From: Myxococcota bacterium
Lineage (GTDB): Bacteria > Myxococcota_A > UBA9160 > JAFDDA01
Reading direction: 5' to 3'
Assembly (NCBI GenBank): GCA_965228475.1
Contig: OZ245817.1
Span: 2,112,001-2,176,000, forward strand
DNA: 64,000 nucleotides
Positions 37,541-47,510 of this stretch are shown piece by piece (the first letter of the stretch is position 1; every line of letters begins with the position of its first letter). Position numbers and translations under genes: made by a program. Below the pieces are notes generated by a model that made no database searches, had not been told where the DNA came from, and saw nothing but the letters and a program-made list of their open reading frames with translations.

Positions 37541-38593
37541 CTAGGCGCGGGGCAGACTCCCGAGGTCGAGGGTGAGCACCAGCTCGCCCTCCCGCCCATC
37601 TTGATCGACCACCCGGAGGGGCAGCCGTAGGCGTCGTTCCGATTCGACGATCGGGGTCCCGCTCTCGACCAGCTTCAGGTCCAGGGGCTCGGCCGGCCCG
37701 GTCCGGGCGTCGAACCCGCCGGTGGCCGCGTCCCAGTGGTCGTCGAACACGCGCTCGGCCCGGCGGGCGGCGGCGTCGATGGCCTGGGCGACGCTGTCGC
37801 CGGTGCTGGAGGCCGGGGGCGCCGGCGGGGTGGCTTCCGGGGCGGTGTGCGCCTCGGGCTGGGTCCGATCCTCGGGGATCGTCGATTCTTCGGGAAGGGT
37901 GGACTCCCCCGGGACGGTCGATTCCTGATCGAAGGTCGGCACCGTCGTCCCGGGATGCTGGGGCAGGGTGACGCCGCCGCCCGGCTGGGTGACTCCGCCC
38001 GGGGGCAGCGTCAGCCCGGCGGCTTCGCGCCGGTTGCGGACCACGCGCTTCGAGATCGTCGTGAGGCTCTCGAGCACGCCGATGCCCCGGGTCGCGATGG
38101 CCTCGAAGGCGGCCGCGCGCAGGCCGATCTTGCGGTGGAGCTCCTCGACCGCGAGGTCGTCGGCTTCGTCCCGGTGGTTGTACTGAAGGACGACCGGCAC
38201 CTCGCCGAGGTCGCGGCCGTAGTCGGCGAGGACATCCCGGAGCTCCTCGAGGGAGGCGAGGTTCTCCGAGAGGCGGTCGCGCCGGGCGTCGATCACGAAG
38301 ACGACGCCGTCCACCTGATCGACGAGCTGCTTGCGCGTGCCCGTGTGCTCGGGGCCGCCGGGCAGGGCCATGACCTGGAGGCGCGTGCGGACGCCGGAGA
38401 TCTCGCCGAGTTCGATCGGCATGACCTCGTAGTGGACGCCCGGGTTCTCGGGGGTGGCGAGCCGCTCGAGTTCGCCGCGGTGGTCCGGGCGGAGCTTCTG
38501 GTGGATGCGCTCGAGGTTGGCCGTCTTCCCGGCCCCCGCGATGCCCCAATAGACGATCCGCGCGTTCACCACCTGCGTCGGCCCCTGAGCCAC
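37541..38593 (-). CDS. MglA-like small GTPase domain protein with low-complexity C-terminal extension
   Basis: NARIVYWGIAGAGKTANL, VDGVVFVID, VPVVLQYNHRD, EAIATRGIGV. Confidence 0.75.
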   Translation of the reverse strand: MAQGPTQVVNARIVYWGIAGAGKTANLERIHQKLRPDHRGELERLATPENPGVHYEVMPIELGEISGVRTRLQVMALPGGPEHTGTRKQLVDQVDGVVFVIDARRDRLSENLASLEELRDVLADYGRDLGEVPVVLQYNHRDEADDLAVEELHRKIGLRAAAFEAIATRGIGVLESLTTISKRVVRNRREAAGLTLPPGGVTQPGGGVTLPQHPGTTVPTFDQESTVPGESTLPEESTIPEDRTQPEAHTAPEATPPAPPASSTGDSVAQAIDAAARRAERVFDDHWDAATGGFDARTGPAEPLDLKLVESGTPIVESERRLRLPLRVVDQDGREGELVLTLDLGSLPRA

Positions 38594-38627
38594 TAGATCC
38601 GCCCCTTCATCGTCCGAACCCGCGCCA

Positions 38628-39743
38628 CTAGATCTTCCCCTTCTTGACGAGCAGTCGCCGCGCATGACTCGATACCGCAGACGGGACGTCTTTGCTCTTC
38701 ATGATCGCGCGCAGATCGCGATCCTGGAGGTGATTGACGAACTTCATGGCGGTCGGGGCCGGGCACTTGGGGTTCGTCGCCAGGCCGAGCTTGACCTGGT
38801 ACGCCCGGGTCCACTCCCGGTTCGTGGCGATCACGCGGATGACGTCGTCGCAGAGGTTCCGCGCCTTGGCGAAGCCGGCGACCTCGCCGTCGGTGATCTT
38901 CGGGCTGCGGATCGCCGCCGTCGCCACGATCTTGTTCTTGTCCCGGACGAGCAGGCCGCGGGCCTCCTTGTTGCCCACGCGGGCCAGCTTGATGCGGCCC
39001 ATGACCGACATCGTCTGGACGCGTTGGTAGAGGCTGCCGCGCTCCTCCTCGGACATCTCCTCGTCGCTGTCCTCGACGAGGCGCCGGTCGAGGTCGCCGT
39101 GCTCGTCGCCGAGGACGGCCGCGAGGGCCGCCCGGGCCGCCTCGTCGGTGATCTCCTCGGGGTCCGGCCACTCGTCCTGGCGCTCGGTCGTCTCCGGCAC
39201 TTCGGCCTCGCTCCGTTCGAGACCGAGGAAAGAGAGGATGCGGTCGATCTGGGCGCGTCCCGTGAGCGGGTTGTCGCCGAGCACGTCGACGATCTCCGGT
39301 CGCCGCAGGAGCCGCTGCTGGTTGTTGCAGATGATGTCCACGACGCGCCGGTGCGGAAGGCTCGCGAGGTACTCGATCGTGGCATCGTCGCAGGCCGCGT
39401 TCAGCGCGAGCTTCTCGGAGACGTCGGCGTCGTCCTTGTGGACCTGGGCCAGGTAGGAGAGCACCGCGGGGTTCGTCGGGCCGGTGACGACGGGCTCGCG
39501 CACGTTCTCCGGCAGCCCCTCGAGGCTCTCCCGGGCCCGAGCCTTGACCTCGGCGTCCGGGTCGTGACAGAGGACGAACAGGACCGTCGCGAGTTCGACC
39601 GGCGGCAAGGGCAGGGCGCCGCCGGCGGCCATGCGCCGCGCCTCGACCGGCGCGTCGCGCCGGCAATAGCGCTCCGCCTCCGGCGAGAGCCGGAGCTTGA
39701 TCGTCTGCTTCGCGCCCGCTTGTTTCGTGCCCGGTTCGGGCAT
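38628..39743 (-). CDS. Conserved hypothetical helical-repeat protein
   Basis: 371-aa ORF with strong coding bias; IKLARVGNKEARGLLVRDKNK..AIRSPKIT..LATNPKCP. Confidence 0.7.
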   Translation of the reverse strand: MPEPGTKQAGAKQTIKLRLSPEAERYCRRDAPVEARRMAAGGALPLPPVELATVLFVLCHDPDAEVKARARESLEGLPENVREPVVTGPTNPAVLSYLAQVHKDDADVSEKLALNAACDDATIEYLASLPHRRVVDIICNNQQRLLRRPEIVDVLGDNPLTGRAQIDRILSFLGLERSEAEVPETTERQDEWPDPEEITDEAARAALAAVLGDEHGDLDRRLVEDSDEEMSEEERGSLYQRVQTMSVMGRIKLARVGNKEARGLLVRDKNKIVATAAIRSPKITDGEVAGFAKARNLCDDVIRVIATNREWTRAYQVKLGLATNPKCPAPTAMKFVNHLQDRDLRAIMKSKDVPSAVSSHARRLLVKKGKI

Positions 39744-39804
39744 GCCTGCGTCACCCCCCGCGACGCGGCGTCGTCCCCGGGCCCGGCCGTCCGCCGGGCC
39801 GCCT

Positions 39805-41853
39805 TCAGGAATCCGCCGCCTTCGCCGCCTCCGCTTCTTGAACGATCTTCTCGCGCACCTGCGCCGGCGCCTCGTCGTAGTGGGAGAACTCCATGTGGAA
39901 GGCTCCCTGACCGCCGGTGATGCTGATGAGCGAGCTCTGATACTCGAGGATCTCGGCCATCGGGACCGACGCCTTCACGACGGTGGCGTGGCCGCGCGCC
40001 TCGGTGGACTGCACGCGCCCCCGCCGGCTCGAGAGGTCGCCCATGATGTCGCCGGTGAAGGCCTCGGGCGCCGTCACCTCGAGGTTCATGATCGGTTCGA
40101 GCAGGGCCGGCCGGGCGGCTTCCATCGCCGCGCGGAAGCCCATCGAGCCGGCGAGCTTGAAGGCCATCTCGTTCGAGTCCACGGAGTGGTGCTTGCCGTC
40201 GATGCAGCGCACGCGGACGTCGACCACGGGGTAGCCCGCGAGCGGTCCGCCGGACTCCATGGCCTCCCGCACGCCCTTCTCGACGGCGGGAATGAGCGCG
40301 CGCGGGATGGCCCCACCCACGATCTCATCCGAGAATTCGAAACCGGTTCCGCGTTCCATGGGCTCCACGGTCAGGAAGCAGACGCCGAACATGCCCTTGC
40401 CGCCCGTCTGCTTCTTCAGCTTGCCTTCGACGTTCTCCGCCTTGCGCGTGATGGTCTCGCGGTACGGCACCTTCGGGGTGGAGAGCTCGACCTCGACGTC
40501 GAACAGACGCCGGAGCTTCTCCACCGTCGTCCGGATGTGGAGCTCCCCCATTCCCGTGAGGAGGAACTCCCCCGTCGAGGCTTCGCGTGCGAGACGGAGA
40601 GTCGGATCCTCTTCCACGAGTCGGCCGAGCGAGGCGTGGACTTTATCCTCGTCCCCCTTGGATTTCGCGTGGATGGCGTAGGAAAGCACGCCCTCGGGAA
40701 TGGTGATCTCGGGCAGCCGCGCGCCCCCCTTCTCGGCCGTCAGGCTGTTGCCCGTGTGGACGCCCTTGAGCTTCGCGATGGCGACGATGTCCCCGGGGCC
40801 GGCGTCGCCGGTCTCCGCGTGCTCGCTGCCCTGGACCCGCAGAAGCTTCCCGAGGCGGACCTTCTCCCCCGTCGTGGCATCGAGAACGGGGCTGTCGCCG
40901 CGGAGGGTCCCCGAGACCACCCGCACGAAGGAGAGCGAGCCGGCGTAGCGGTCGAGGGTGGTCTTGAAGACCTGGGCGGTGAGGGGGGCTTCGGCCTCGG
41001 GGGAAAGCTCCAGGAGGTCGTCGGCCTCCATGGCCTGGGCCGCGCGCGGGCCGCGATCGACGGGCGAGGGCAGGAGACCCCCGACGGCCGCGAGCAGGTC
41101 GCCCACGCCGATCTCCTTCGTGGCCGACCCGCAGAGCACGGGCAGGACCTGGCCGGCGTGGACGCCGAGGACCAGCCCACGCATGGTCTCGTCCGGCGTG
41201 AGGTCGCCTTCCTCGAGGTACTTCTCGAGCAGGTCGTCGTCGCATTCCGCCGCGGCTTCGACCATGCGCTCGTGCGCCCGCTGGGCCTCGGCTTCGAGCT
41301 CGGCCGGGACGTTCTTCATGTCGAGCAGGTTCACGACGCCCTTGAAGCCCTCGCCGCTTCCGACCGGGAGGACGACGGGGACGGGATTCACCTCCAGCCC
41401 GCGCAGGGATTCGATCGCGGTCTCGAAGTCCGCGCGGTCGGAGTCCATGCCGTTCACGAAGGCGAGGCACGCGACGTCGGCTTCGCGGGCCGCCCGGAGC
41501 ATGCGGTCGGTCCCGACCTTCACGCCGTCGACGGCGGAGACCACGAGGATCGCGCCGTCGAGCGCGGCGAGGGCGACCAGGCCGTCGGCCTGGAAGTTCG
41601 GGTCGCCGGGGGTGTCGACCAGGGTGAGGGGCCGGCCTTCGTGCTCGAAGCTGAAGACCTTGGAGGAGAGCGTGTGGCGGGTGTGGCCGTCCTTCTCCTC
41701 GGGAAGGGTGTCGAGGTGGGACGTTCCCTCGTCCACCACCCCGAGCTTCGGCGTCGCTCCGGCGGTATGGAGGATGGCCTCGCCGAGCGAGGTCTTGCCA
41801 TCGTGGGAATGCCCGATCAGGGCGAAGTTCCGGACGTCGGCGGCTCGGGTCAT
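39805..41853 (-). CDS. Elongation factor G paralogue (EF-G2-like)
   Basis: RNFALIGHSHDGKT, DTPG, GMGELH, PKVPYRETI, KKQTGG, HSVDSNEMAF; outside the str operon. Confidence 0.9.
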   Translation of the reverse strand: MTRAADVRNFALIGHSHDGKTSLGEAILHTAGATPKLGVVDEGTSHLDTLPEEKDGHTRHTLSSKVFSFEHEGRPLTLVDTPGDPNFQADGLVALAALDGAILVVSAVDGVKVGTDRMLRAAREADVACLAFVNGMDSDRADFETAIESLRGLEVNPVPVVLPVGSGEGFKGVVNLLDMKNVPAELEAEAQRAHERMVEAAAECDDDLLEKYLEEGDLTPDETMRGLVLGVHAGQVLPVLCGSATKEIGVGDLLAAVGGLLPSPVDRGPRAAQAMEADDLLELSPEAEAPLTAQVFKTTLDRYAGSLSFVRVVSGTLRGDSPVLDATTGEKVRLGKLLRVQGSEHAETGDAGPGDIVAIAKLKGVHTGNSLTAEKGGARLPEITIPEGVLSYAIHAKSKGDEDKVHASLGRLVEEDPTLRLAREASTGEFLLTGMGELHIRTTVEKLRRLFDVEVELSTPKVPYRETITRKAENVEGKLKKQTGGKGMFGVCFLTVEPMERGTGFEFSDEIVGGAIPRALIPAVEKGVREAMESGGPLAGYPVVDVRVRCIDGKHHSVDSNEMAFKLAGSMGFRAAMEAARPALLEPIMNLEVTAPEAFTGDIMGDLSSRRGRVQSTEARGHATVVKASVPMAEILEYQSSLISITGGQGAFHMEFSHYDEAPAQVREKIVQEAEAAKAADS

Positions 41854-42674
41854 GCTTCGTTCTCCTTGCGTGCCTCCCCGGGTTCGGGGCGGTTCTTCTC
41901 GAACAGGATCCGCAGGCCCTCGAGCGTGAGGAAGGGCTCCACGCGCTCGATGGTCTCGGTCTCGGTGGAAATGCGCGCCGCCAGTCCCCCCGTGGCGAGG
42001 ACGCGCATCTCGTTGCCGAGCTCTTCGCGGATGCGTTCGACCATGGCGTCCACCATGCCGGCGTACCCGAAGAGCAGGCCGGACTGGAGGGAGGCGGTGG
42101 TCGTTCGCCCGATGACGGATTTGGGCCGCGCGATCTCGACGCGGTGGAGCATGGAGGCGCGCTCGAAGAGGGCCTCCATGGAGATGTGGATCCCCGGGAA
42201 GATGGCGCCGCCGAGGTATTCGCCCTTCTCGGAGACGCAATCGAAGGTGGTGGCCGTGCCGAAATCGACGGCGACGACCGGACCGCCCATCAGCGAGAAG
42301 GCGGCGACGGAGTTCACGATGCGGTCCGCCCCGACCTCGCGGGGATTCTCGTAGCGCACCGGCATCCCGGTCTTGATGCCGGGGCCGACGACCATCGGCG
42401 CCGTGTCGAAGAGCTTCGTTCCGACGCGCTCCCAGATCGGGAGGAGCGGCGGCACGACGCTCGAGATCATCACGTTCGTGACCTCGTCGATGTCGCGCCC
42501 GGCTTGCTGGAAGAGGGCGTTCAGCGCGATCGCGACCTCGTCCGAGGTCTGCTCCCGGCGCGTGCCGATGCGCCAGTGGTGCGACAGCACGGCCTCCTCG
42601 TCGCGGTAGTCGAAGATGCCGAGCGAGACGTTGGTGTTGCCGACGTCGATGACGAGCAGGCAGGTCCGGGTCAT
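41850..42674 (-). CDS. coaX: Type III pantothenate kinase
   Basis: IDVGNTN, SSVVP, VGADR, DFGTATT, GGAIFPG, ATGG. Confidence 0.95.
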   Translation of the reverse strand: MTRTCLLVIDVGNTNVSLGIFDYRDEEAVLSHHWRIGTRREQTSDEVAIALNALFQQAGRDIDEVTNVMISSVVPPLLPIWERVGTKLFDTAPMVVGPGIKTGMPVRYENPREVGADRIVNSVAAFSLMGGPVVAVDFGTATTFDCVSEKGEYLGGAIFPGIHISMEALFERASMLHRVEIARPKSVIGRTTTASLQSGLLFGYAGMVDAMVERIREELGNEMRVLATGGLAARISTETETIERVEPFLTLEGLRILFEKNRPEPGEARKENEA

Positions 42675-43729
42675 GAGGCTCCACCTGGGAGCCCTGAGGC
42701 TCCCCCTGGGCTTGGCGCGGAAGCCTCGGCAGCGGGGGGCCGCGCCGAGAGCGTCACGTCGCCAGCGAGGACGCGTTCGATCCGACCGTCGGCGCGGGCC
42801 ACGAGCAGGGCGCCGTCGTGGTCGATGCCACGGGCTTCGCCGTGAAGCTCCGGGCCGTCGAGGTCGCGCACCCGGACGGACTGGCCGGCCATGGCGAAGC
42901 GCGCCTCGAAGCGCGGCCGCACGGCGTCGAAACCGCCGGCGGCGTGAAGGTCGAGCACGTCCTCGAGGCCGCCGTAGAGCGTCCGGGCAAAGGTGGCGCG
43001 GTCGACGGCGGCGCCGGAGAAGCCGCGCAGGCTCGTGGCGGTGGCGCGGAACTCCTCGGGGAACTCCGCCGGGTCCACGTTGAGGTTCACGCCGATGCCG
43101 AGCACCAGGTAGGCCACGCGGGCCGCCTCGGAAGCCATCTCCATGAGGATGCCGCAGGTCTTCTTGCCCCCGAGCAGGACGTCGTTCGGCCACTTGATGC
43201 GAACGGCCTCGTCGTCACCCACGGTGGCGGCCACGGCTTCGGCCACGGCCACGGCGGCCGAGAGCACGACGGTGGGCGCCTCGGCGATCAGCATGTCCGG
43301 GCGCAGGACGATCGAGGTGTAGAGATTCGTTCCGGCCGGGGAGTAGAAGGATCGGCCGTGGCGGCCGCGCCCGGCGCCCTGGGCTTCGGCGACGACGACG
43401 GTGCCGTGGGGCGCACCGGCGCGGGCGCGCTCGTGGGCCTCGTCGTTGGTCGAGCCGATCTCTTCGAACCAGTGGATCTCGGTTCCGAGCCAGCGGGCTT
43501 CGAGGCCCGCCTGGATCTCTTCGGCGTAGAGCCGGTCCGGCGCTCCGGCGAGCGAATAGCCGCCTCCCGGTTCGCCGCCGATCTCGTAGCCGAGCTTGCG
43601 GAGGGCCTCGACGTTCTTCCAGATCTGGTTTCGCGAGACGCCGAGGGCCTCGGAGAGGGTGGCGCCGGAGCACGGCTGCCCGCCTTCGCGGCGCAGGAGG
43701 TCGAGAACGCGCGCCGCGCCCGGATTCAT
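42671..43729 (-). CDS. birA: Bifunctional biotin operon repressor / biotin-protein ligase
   Basis: HTH (LGVSRNQIWK), STN, QGAGRGRHGR, KWPND, GIGVN. Confidence 0.93.
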   Translation of the reverse strand: MNPGAARVLDLLRREGGQPCSGATLSEALGVSRNQIWKNVEALRKLGYEIGGEPGGGYSLAGAPDRLYAEEIQAGLEARWLGTEIHWFEEIGSTNDEAHERARAGAPHGTVVVAEAQGAGRGRHGRSFYSPAGTNLYTSIVLRPDMLIAEAPTVVLSAAVAVAEAVAATVGDDEAVRIKWPNDVLLGGKKTCGILMEMASEAARVAYLVLGIGVNLNVDPAEFPEEFRATATSLRGFSGAAVDRATFARTLYGGLEDVLDLHAAGGFDAVRPRFEARFAMAGQSVRVRDLDGPELHGEARGIDHDGALLVARADGRIERVLAGDVTLSARPPAAEASAPSPGGASGLPGGAS

Positions 43730-44622
43730 GCCGCCACACCTCCAGTCGGCCGCGCCTCTTCCTGGCTCGGGGAGCTCATCTCGAGGGCGACGTCCGCGAC
43801 CGGCGCCGAGTGCGTGAGCGCGCCGATCGAGATGCGATGCACGCCGGTCTCGGCGTAGGCCCGGACGTTCTCGAGCGTGATGCCGCCCGACGCCTCGAGC
43901 GTGATGCGGTCGCCGAGGGCTTCCACGATCGCGCGGATCTGGTCGGGGGTCTGGTTGTCGAGCAGGAGGGAGTCCGCACCGGCATCGGCGGCCGCCCGAG
44001 CATCCGCGAGGGACTCGACTTCGACCTGGAGGTGGAGGCCCTCGGCGGCTCCGGCGCGGGCCGCGCGGGTCGCCGCCGGGACGCCGCCGGCCGCGGCGAC
44101 GTGGTTGTCCTTCACCAGGAGCGCGTCGAAGAGGCCCATCCGGTGGTTCGTGCCGCCACCGGCCGCGACGGCGTACTTGTCGAGCACGCGCCAGCCCGGG
44201 AGGGTCTTGCGCGTGTCGACGATGGCGGTGCCCGTCCCGGCCACGGCGTCGACGTAGTGACGGGTCTCGGTGGCGATGCCGCACAGGCGGCCGAGGAAGT
44301 TGAGCGCCGTCCGCTCCCCGGAGAGCAGGGAGGTCACGGGCCCCTCGAGGCGGGCCAGGACCTGGCCGGGCTCGGCGGCCTCGCCTTCCTCGCACGCCGC
44401 GGCGCATCGCACCGCGGGGTCGACCTCGCGAAAGACGGCGGCGGCCAGCGGCAAGCCACAGGCGACCAGTGCGCAGCGCGCTTCGATGACGGCATGGCCC
44501 CGGGCATCGGCCGGGAGCACGGCGAGGGAGGTGGCGTCGCCCGGGCCGAGGTCTTCCGCCAGGGCCCGCTCGAGGAGCGGGAGCCAGGTCGCTTCGGCCG
44601 GGAAGGGCGGTCGCGTGCTCAT
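43726..44622 (-). CDS. nadC: Nicotinate-nucleotide diphosphorylase (carboxylating)
   Basis: EDLGPGDATS, ERTALN, DTRKTLPG, NHRMGL, KDNH, EASGGI. Confidence 0.95.
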   Translation of the reverse strand: MSTRPPFPAEATWLPLLERALAEDLGPGDATSLAVLPADARGHAVIEARCALVACGLPLAAAVFREVDPAVRCAAACEEGEAAEPGQVLARLEGPVTSLLSGERTALNFLGRLCGIATETRHYVDAVAGTGTAIVDTRKTLPGWRVLDKYAVAAGGGTNHRMGLFDALLVKDNHVAAAGGVPAATRAARAGAAEGLHLQVEVESLADARAAADAGADSLLLDNQTPDQIRAIVEALGDRITLEASGGITLENVRAYAETGVHRISIGALTHSAPVADVALEMSSPSQEEARPTGGVAA

Positions 44623-44741
44623 CAGGCCCCCAGTCTACCAGCCCCGGCGCGGGCGCGAGCGCTTTCGGAGGCCGGCGGGGAGGCGGCGAGCGGGACGCAG
44701 AAGAGAGCGAAAGGGCGCCGGGTGGCGAGGGCGCGGTCTCG

Positions 44742-47402
44742 CTAGGCGACGAGGGCGCGGAGTCGTTCGAGGCGCTGCCCGAGGGCGGCGGCTTCCTCTT
44801 CGAGGTCTTCGTGCTTCTCGCGTTCGCCCTCGACCACCTCGGGCTTCGCGCGTTCGAGGAACTTCGGGTTGTCGAGCTTGCGCGCCACGAAGGCGAGGTC
44901 CTTGGCCACGGTCTTCTGGCGCTTCTCGAGCCGCTTCACCTCGTCCTGCAGGAAGCGCGGGTCGTCGAGCTCGACGGCGACGGAGAACCCGCCGGCGCGG
45001 ACGACGGCCGCCGTCTCCGGCAGGGCGTCGTCGCTGAAGCGCCAGGACTCGGCCCGGAGCAGCGAGCGCAGCCCGGCTTCGTGCCGCGAGACGAGGGCTT
45101 CGAGCTCCGTCGGGAAGATCACGCGAATGGCCTGCTGCGGGGCGAGCCCGAGTTCGCCGCGGATCTGGCGCACGCGCGAGACGATCTCGGTGAAGGTCTC
45201 CATCTCCTGCGCTTCGTCGGCGTCGAGCCGCTGGCCGAGGCGGGGCCAGAGCTCGGAGAGTTCGGCGAAGCGGTGCTCGAGCACCGTGCGGTCCGCCGAG
45301 CCGGGCAGGGCGCGGAAGATCTCCTCGGTGATGAAGGGCATGGTGGGATGGAGGGCGACGAGCGAGCCCGAGAGCACGGCGACGAGCGTGTCCTGGGTCG
45401 CCGTGCGCGCGGCGGCCTCCTCGCCGTGGAGGCTCTGCTTCGCCAGCTCGATGTACCAGTCGCACAGCTCGCCCCAGACGAACTGGTAGAGGCCGCTGGC
45501 CGCGTCGTTGAAGCGGTACTCCTCGATCGAGTGCTTGTACTGCGCGAGGGCCTCGTCGAAGCGGGTCGTGATCCAGCGGTCGTAGAGGTTGCCCTCCGCC
45601 TCGGCGGAGGCGCCGCCGGGGGCGTAGCCTTCGAGGTTCAACAGGCCGAAGCGGGCGGCGTTCCAGAGCTTGGTCACGAAGGTTCGGCCGGTCGAGAGCT
45701 GTGCTTCGCCGAGCTTGATGTCGCGGCCCTGGGCGGTCAGCGCCGTCAGCGTGTAGCGGAGGGCATCCGTGCCGTGCGCGGACATCAGCTCGATCGGGTC
45801 GATCACGTTGCCCTTCGACTTCGACATCTTCTTTCCCTCCGCGTCGCGCACGAGCGGGTGGATGTAGACGTCGCGGAAGGGGACCTCCTTCATGAAGTGC
45901 ATGCCGAGCATCATCATGCGGGCGACCCAGAAGAAGATGATGTCGAAGCCCGTCGAGAGGACGGAGGTCGGGTAGAAGCGCTCGAGCTCGGGCGTGTCGT
46001 CGGGCCAGCCGAGGGTCGAGAAGGGCCAGAGCCCGCTCGAGAACCAGGTGTCGAGGACGTCGTTCTCCTGCTCGAGATCTTCGCTGCCGCACGCGTGACA
46101 GTGCGCGGCGTCCTCGACGGAGACCGTCCAGTCGTTGCAGGATCTGCAGCGCCAGGCCGGGATGCGATGGCCCCACCAGAGCTGCCGGGAGATGGTCCAG
46201 TCCCGGATGTTCTCGAGCCAGTGGAAGTAGGTGTTCTCCCAGCTCTTCGGGTGAAAGGTCGTGCGGCCGTCGCGGACGGCGGCGAGCGCCGGCTCGGCCA
46301 GCGGCTTCATGCGCATGAACCACTGGTCCGAGAGCAGGGGCTCCACGACCGTGTGGCAGCGGTCGCAGTGGGGCACCTCGTGGGCGTGCGGCTCGCTCCC
46401 GACGAGGGCGCCTTCGCGCTCGAGATCCTCGACGACGCGCACGCGGCCCTCGGCGGCGGGCAGGTTCGCGTAGGCGCCGGCGTTGTCGTTCAGCCGGCCA
46501 TCCGGGTGCAGCAGGTTGATCGCCTCGAGGCCGTGGCGGCGGCCACACTCGAAGTCGTTCGGGTCGTGGCCGGGCGTCACCTTCACGGCGCCCGAACCGT
46601 ACTCGGGGTCGACGAAGTCGTCGGCGATGATCGGGATCTCGCGCCCGACCAGCGGCAGACGGACCCGCCGGCCGACGAGCTCGCGGTACCGCTCGTCTTC
46701 GGGGTGCACCGCGACGGCGGTGTCGCCGAGCATGGTCTCGGGCCGGGTCGTCGCCACCTCGATGGCCCCCTCGCCGTCGACGAAGGGGTATCGGATCGAC
46801 CACAGGTGGCCCGCGGTGGATTGGTGCGGACTCTCGAGGTCGGAGAGCACCGTGGTGCAGCGCGGGCACCAGTTGACGAGCGACTCGCCGCGGTAGATCA
46901 GTCCTTCGTGGTAGAGCCGGACGAAGGCCTCGCGCACGGCGCGCGAGAGGCCCGGATCCATGGTGAAGCGCTCCCGGCGCCAGTCGCAGGAGGCGCCGAG
47001 GGCCTGGAGCTGCTCGATGATCCGCGCGCCGGACTGGCCCTTCCACTCCCAGACGCGGTCGACGAAGGCCTCGCGCCCGAGGTCGTGGCGCGTCTTGCCC
47101 TCCTTGCCGATCTCGCGTTCGACGACGACCTGCGTCGCGATGCCGGCGTGGTCCGTGCCCGGGAGCCAGAGCACGTTCTTGCCGTCGATCCGGTGGTGGC
47201 GGGCGAGCAGGTCCTGGAGGGTGTTGTTCAGGGCGTGGCCGAGGTGAAGCGTGCCGGTGACGTTCGGCGGCGGGATCACCATCGAGAACATCGGGCGCTC
47301 GTCGCCCGCATCGGCGTCGAACAGGTTGCGCTCGCGCCAGGTGGCGTACCACTTGGACTCGACCGGTCTCGGGTCGAAACGTTTCGGAAGGGCTTCGGTC
47401 AC
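44742..47402 (-). CDS. valS: Valine--tRNA ligase
   Basis: PPPNVTGTLHLGHAL, ISRQLWWGHRIP, DTWFSS, KMSKS, C-terminal coiled coil. Confidence 0.97.
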   Translation of the reverse strand: MTEALPKRFDPRPVESKWYATWRERNLFDADAGDERPMFSMVIPPPNVTGTLHLGHALNNTLQDLLARHHRIDGKNVLWLPGTDHAGIATQVVVEREIGKEGKTRHDLGREAFVDRVWEWKGQSGARIIEQLQALGASCDWRRERFTMDPGLSRAVREAFVRLYHEGLIYRGESLVNWCPRCTTVLSDLESPHQSTAGHLWSIRYPFVDGEGAIEVATTRPETMLGDTAVAVHPEDERYRELVGRRVRLPLVGREIPIIADDFVDPEYGSGAVKVTPGHDPNDFECGRRHGLEAINLLHPDGRLNDNAGAYANLPAAEGRVRVVEDLEREGALVGSEPHAHEVPHCDRCHTVVEPLLSDQWFMRMKPLAEPALAAVRDGRTTFHPKSWENTYFHWLENIRDWTISRQLWWGHRIPAWRCRSCNDWTVSVEDAAHCHACGSEDLEQENDVLDTWFSSGLWPFSTLGWPDDTPELERFYPTSVLSTGFDIIFFWVARMMMLGMHFMKEVPFRDVYIHPLVRDAEGKKMSKSKGNVIDPIELMSAHGTDALRYTLTALTAQGRDIKLGEAQLSTGRTFVTKLWNAARFGLLNLEGYAPGGASAEAEGNLYDRWITTRFDEALAQYKHSIEEYRFNDAASGLYQFVWGELCDWYIELAKQSLHGEEAAARTATQDTLVAVLSGSLVALHPTMPFITEEIFRALPGSADRTVLEHRFAELSELWPRLGQRLDADEAQEMETFTEIVSRVRQIRGELGLAPQQAIRVIFPTELEALVSRHEAGLRSLLRAESWRFSDDALPETAAVVRAGGFSVAVELDDPRFLQDEVKRLEKRQKTVAKDLAFVARKLDNPKFLERAKPEVVEGEREKHEDLEEEAAALGQRLERLRALVA

Positions 47403-47479
47403 GGGAGGCGGAGTCTACCGGACGCCGCGGGCCGCTGCCCTCGAACGGTGCCGCTGGACAGGGCCTGGAAGGGATGGCA

Positions 47480-47507
47480 CGGAGGGAACGGTCGCCCGTT
47501 CCCTCCG
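47480..47507 (-). terminator. Hairpin just downstream of romR
   Basis: Perfect 12-bp stem CGGAGGGAACGG/CCGTTCCCTCCG with a 4-nt loop (GCGA on minus strand); no U-tract. Confidence 0.5.
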
Positions 47508-47510
47508 GCG

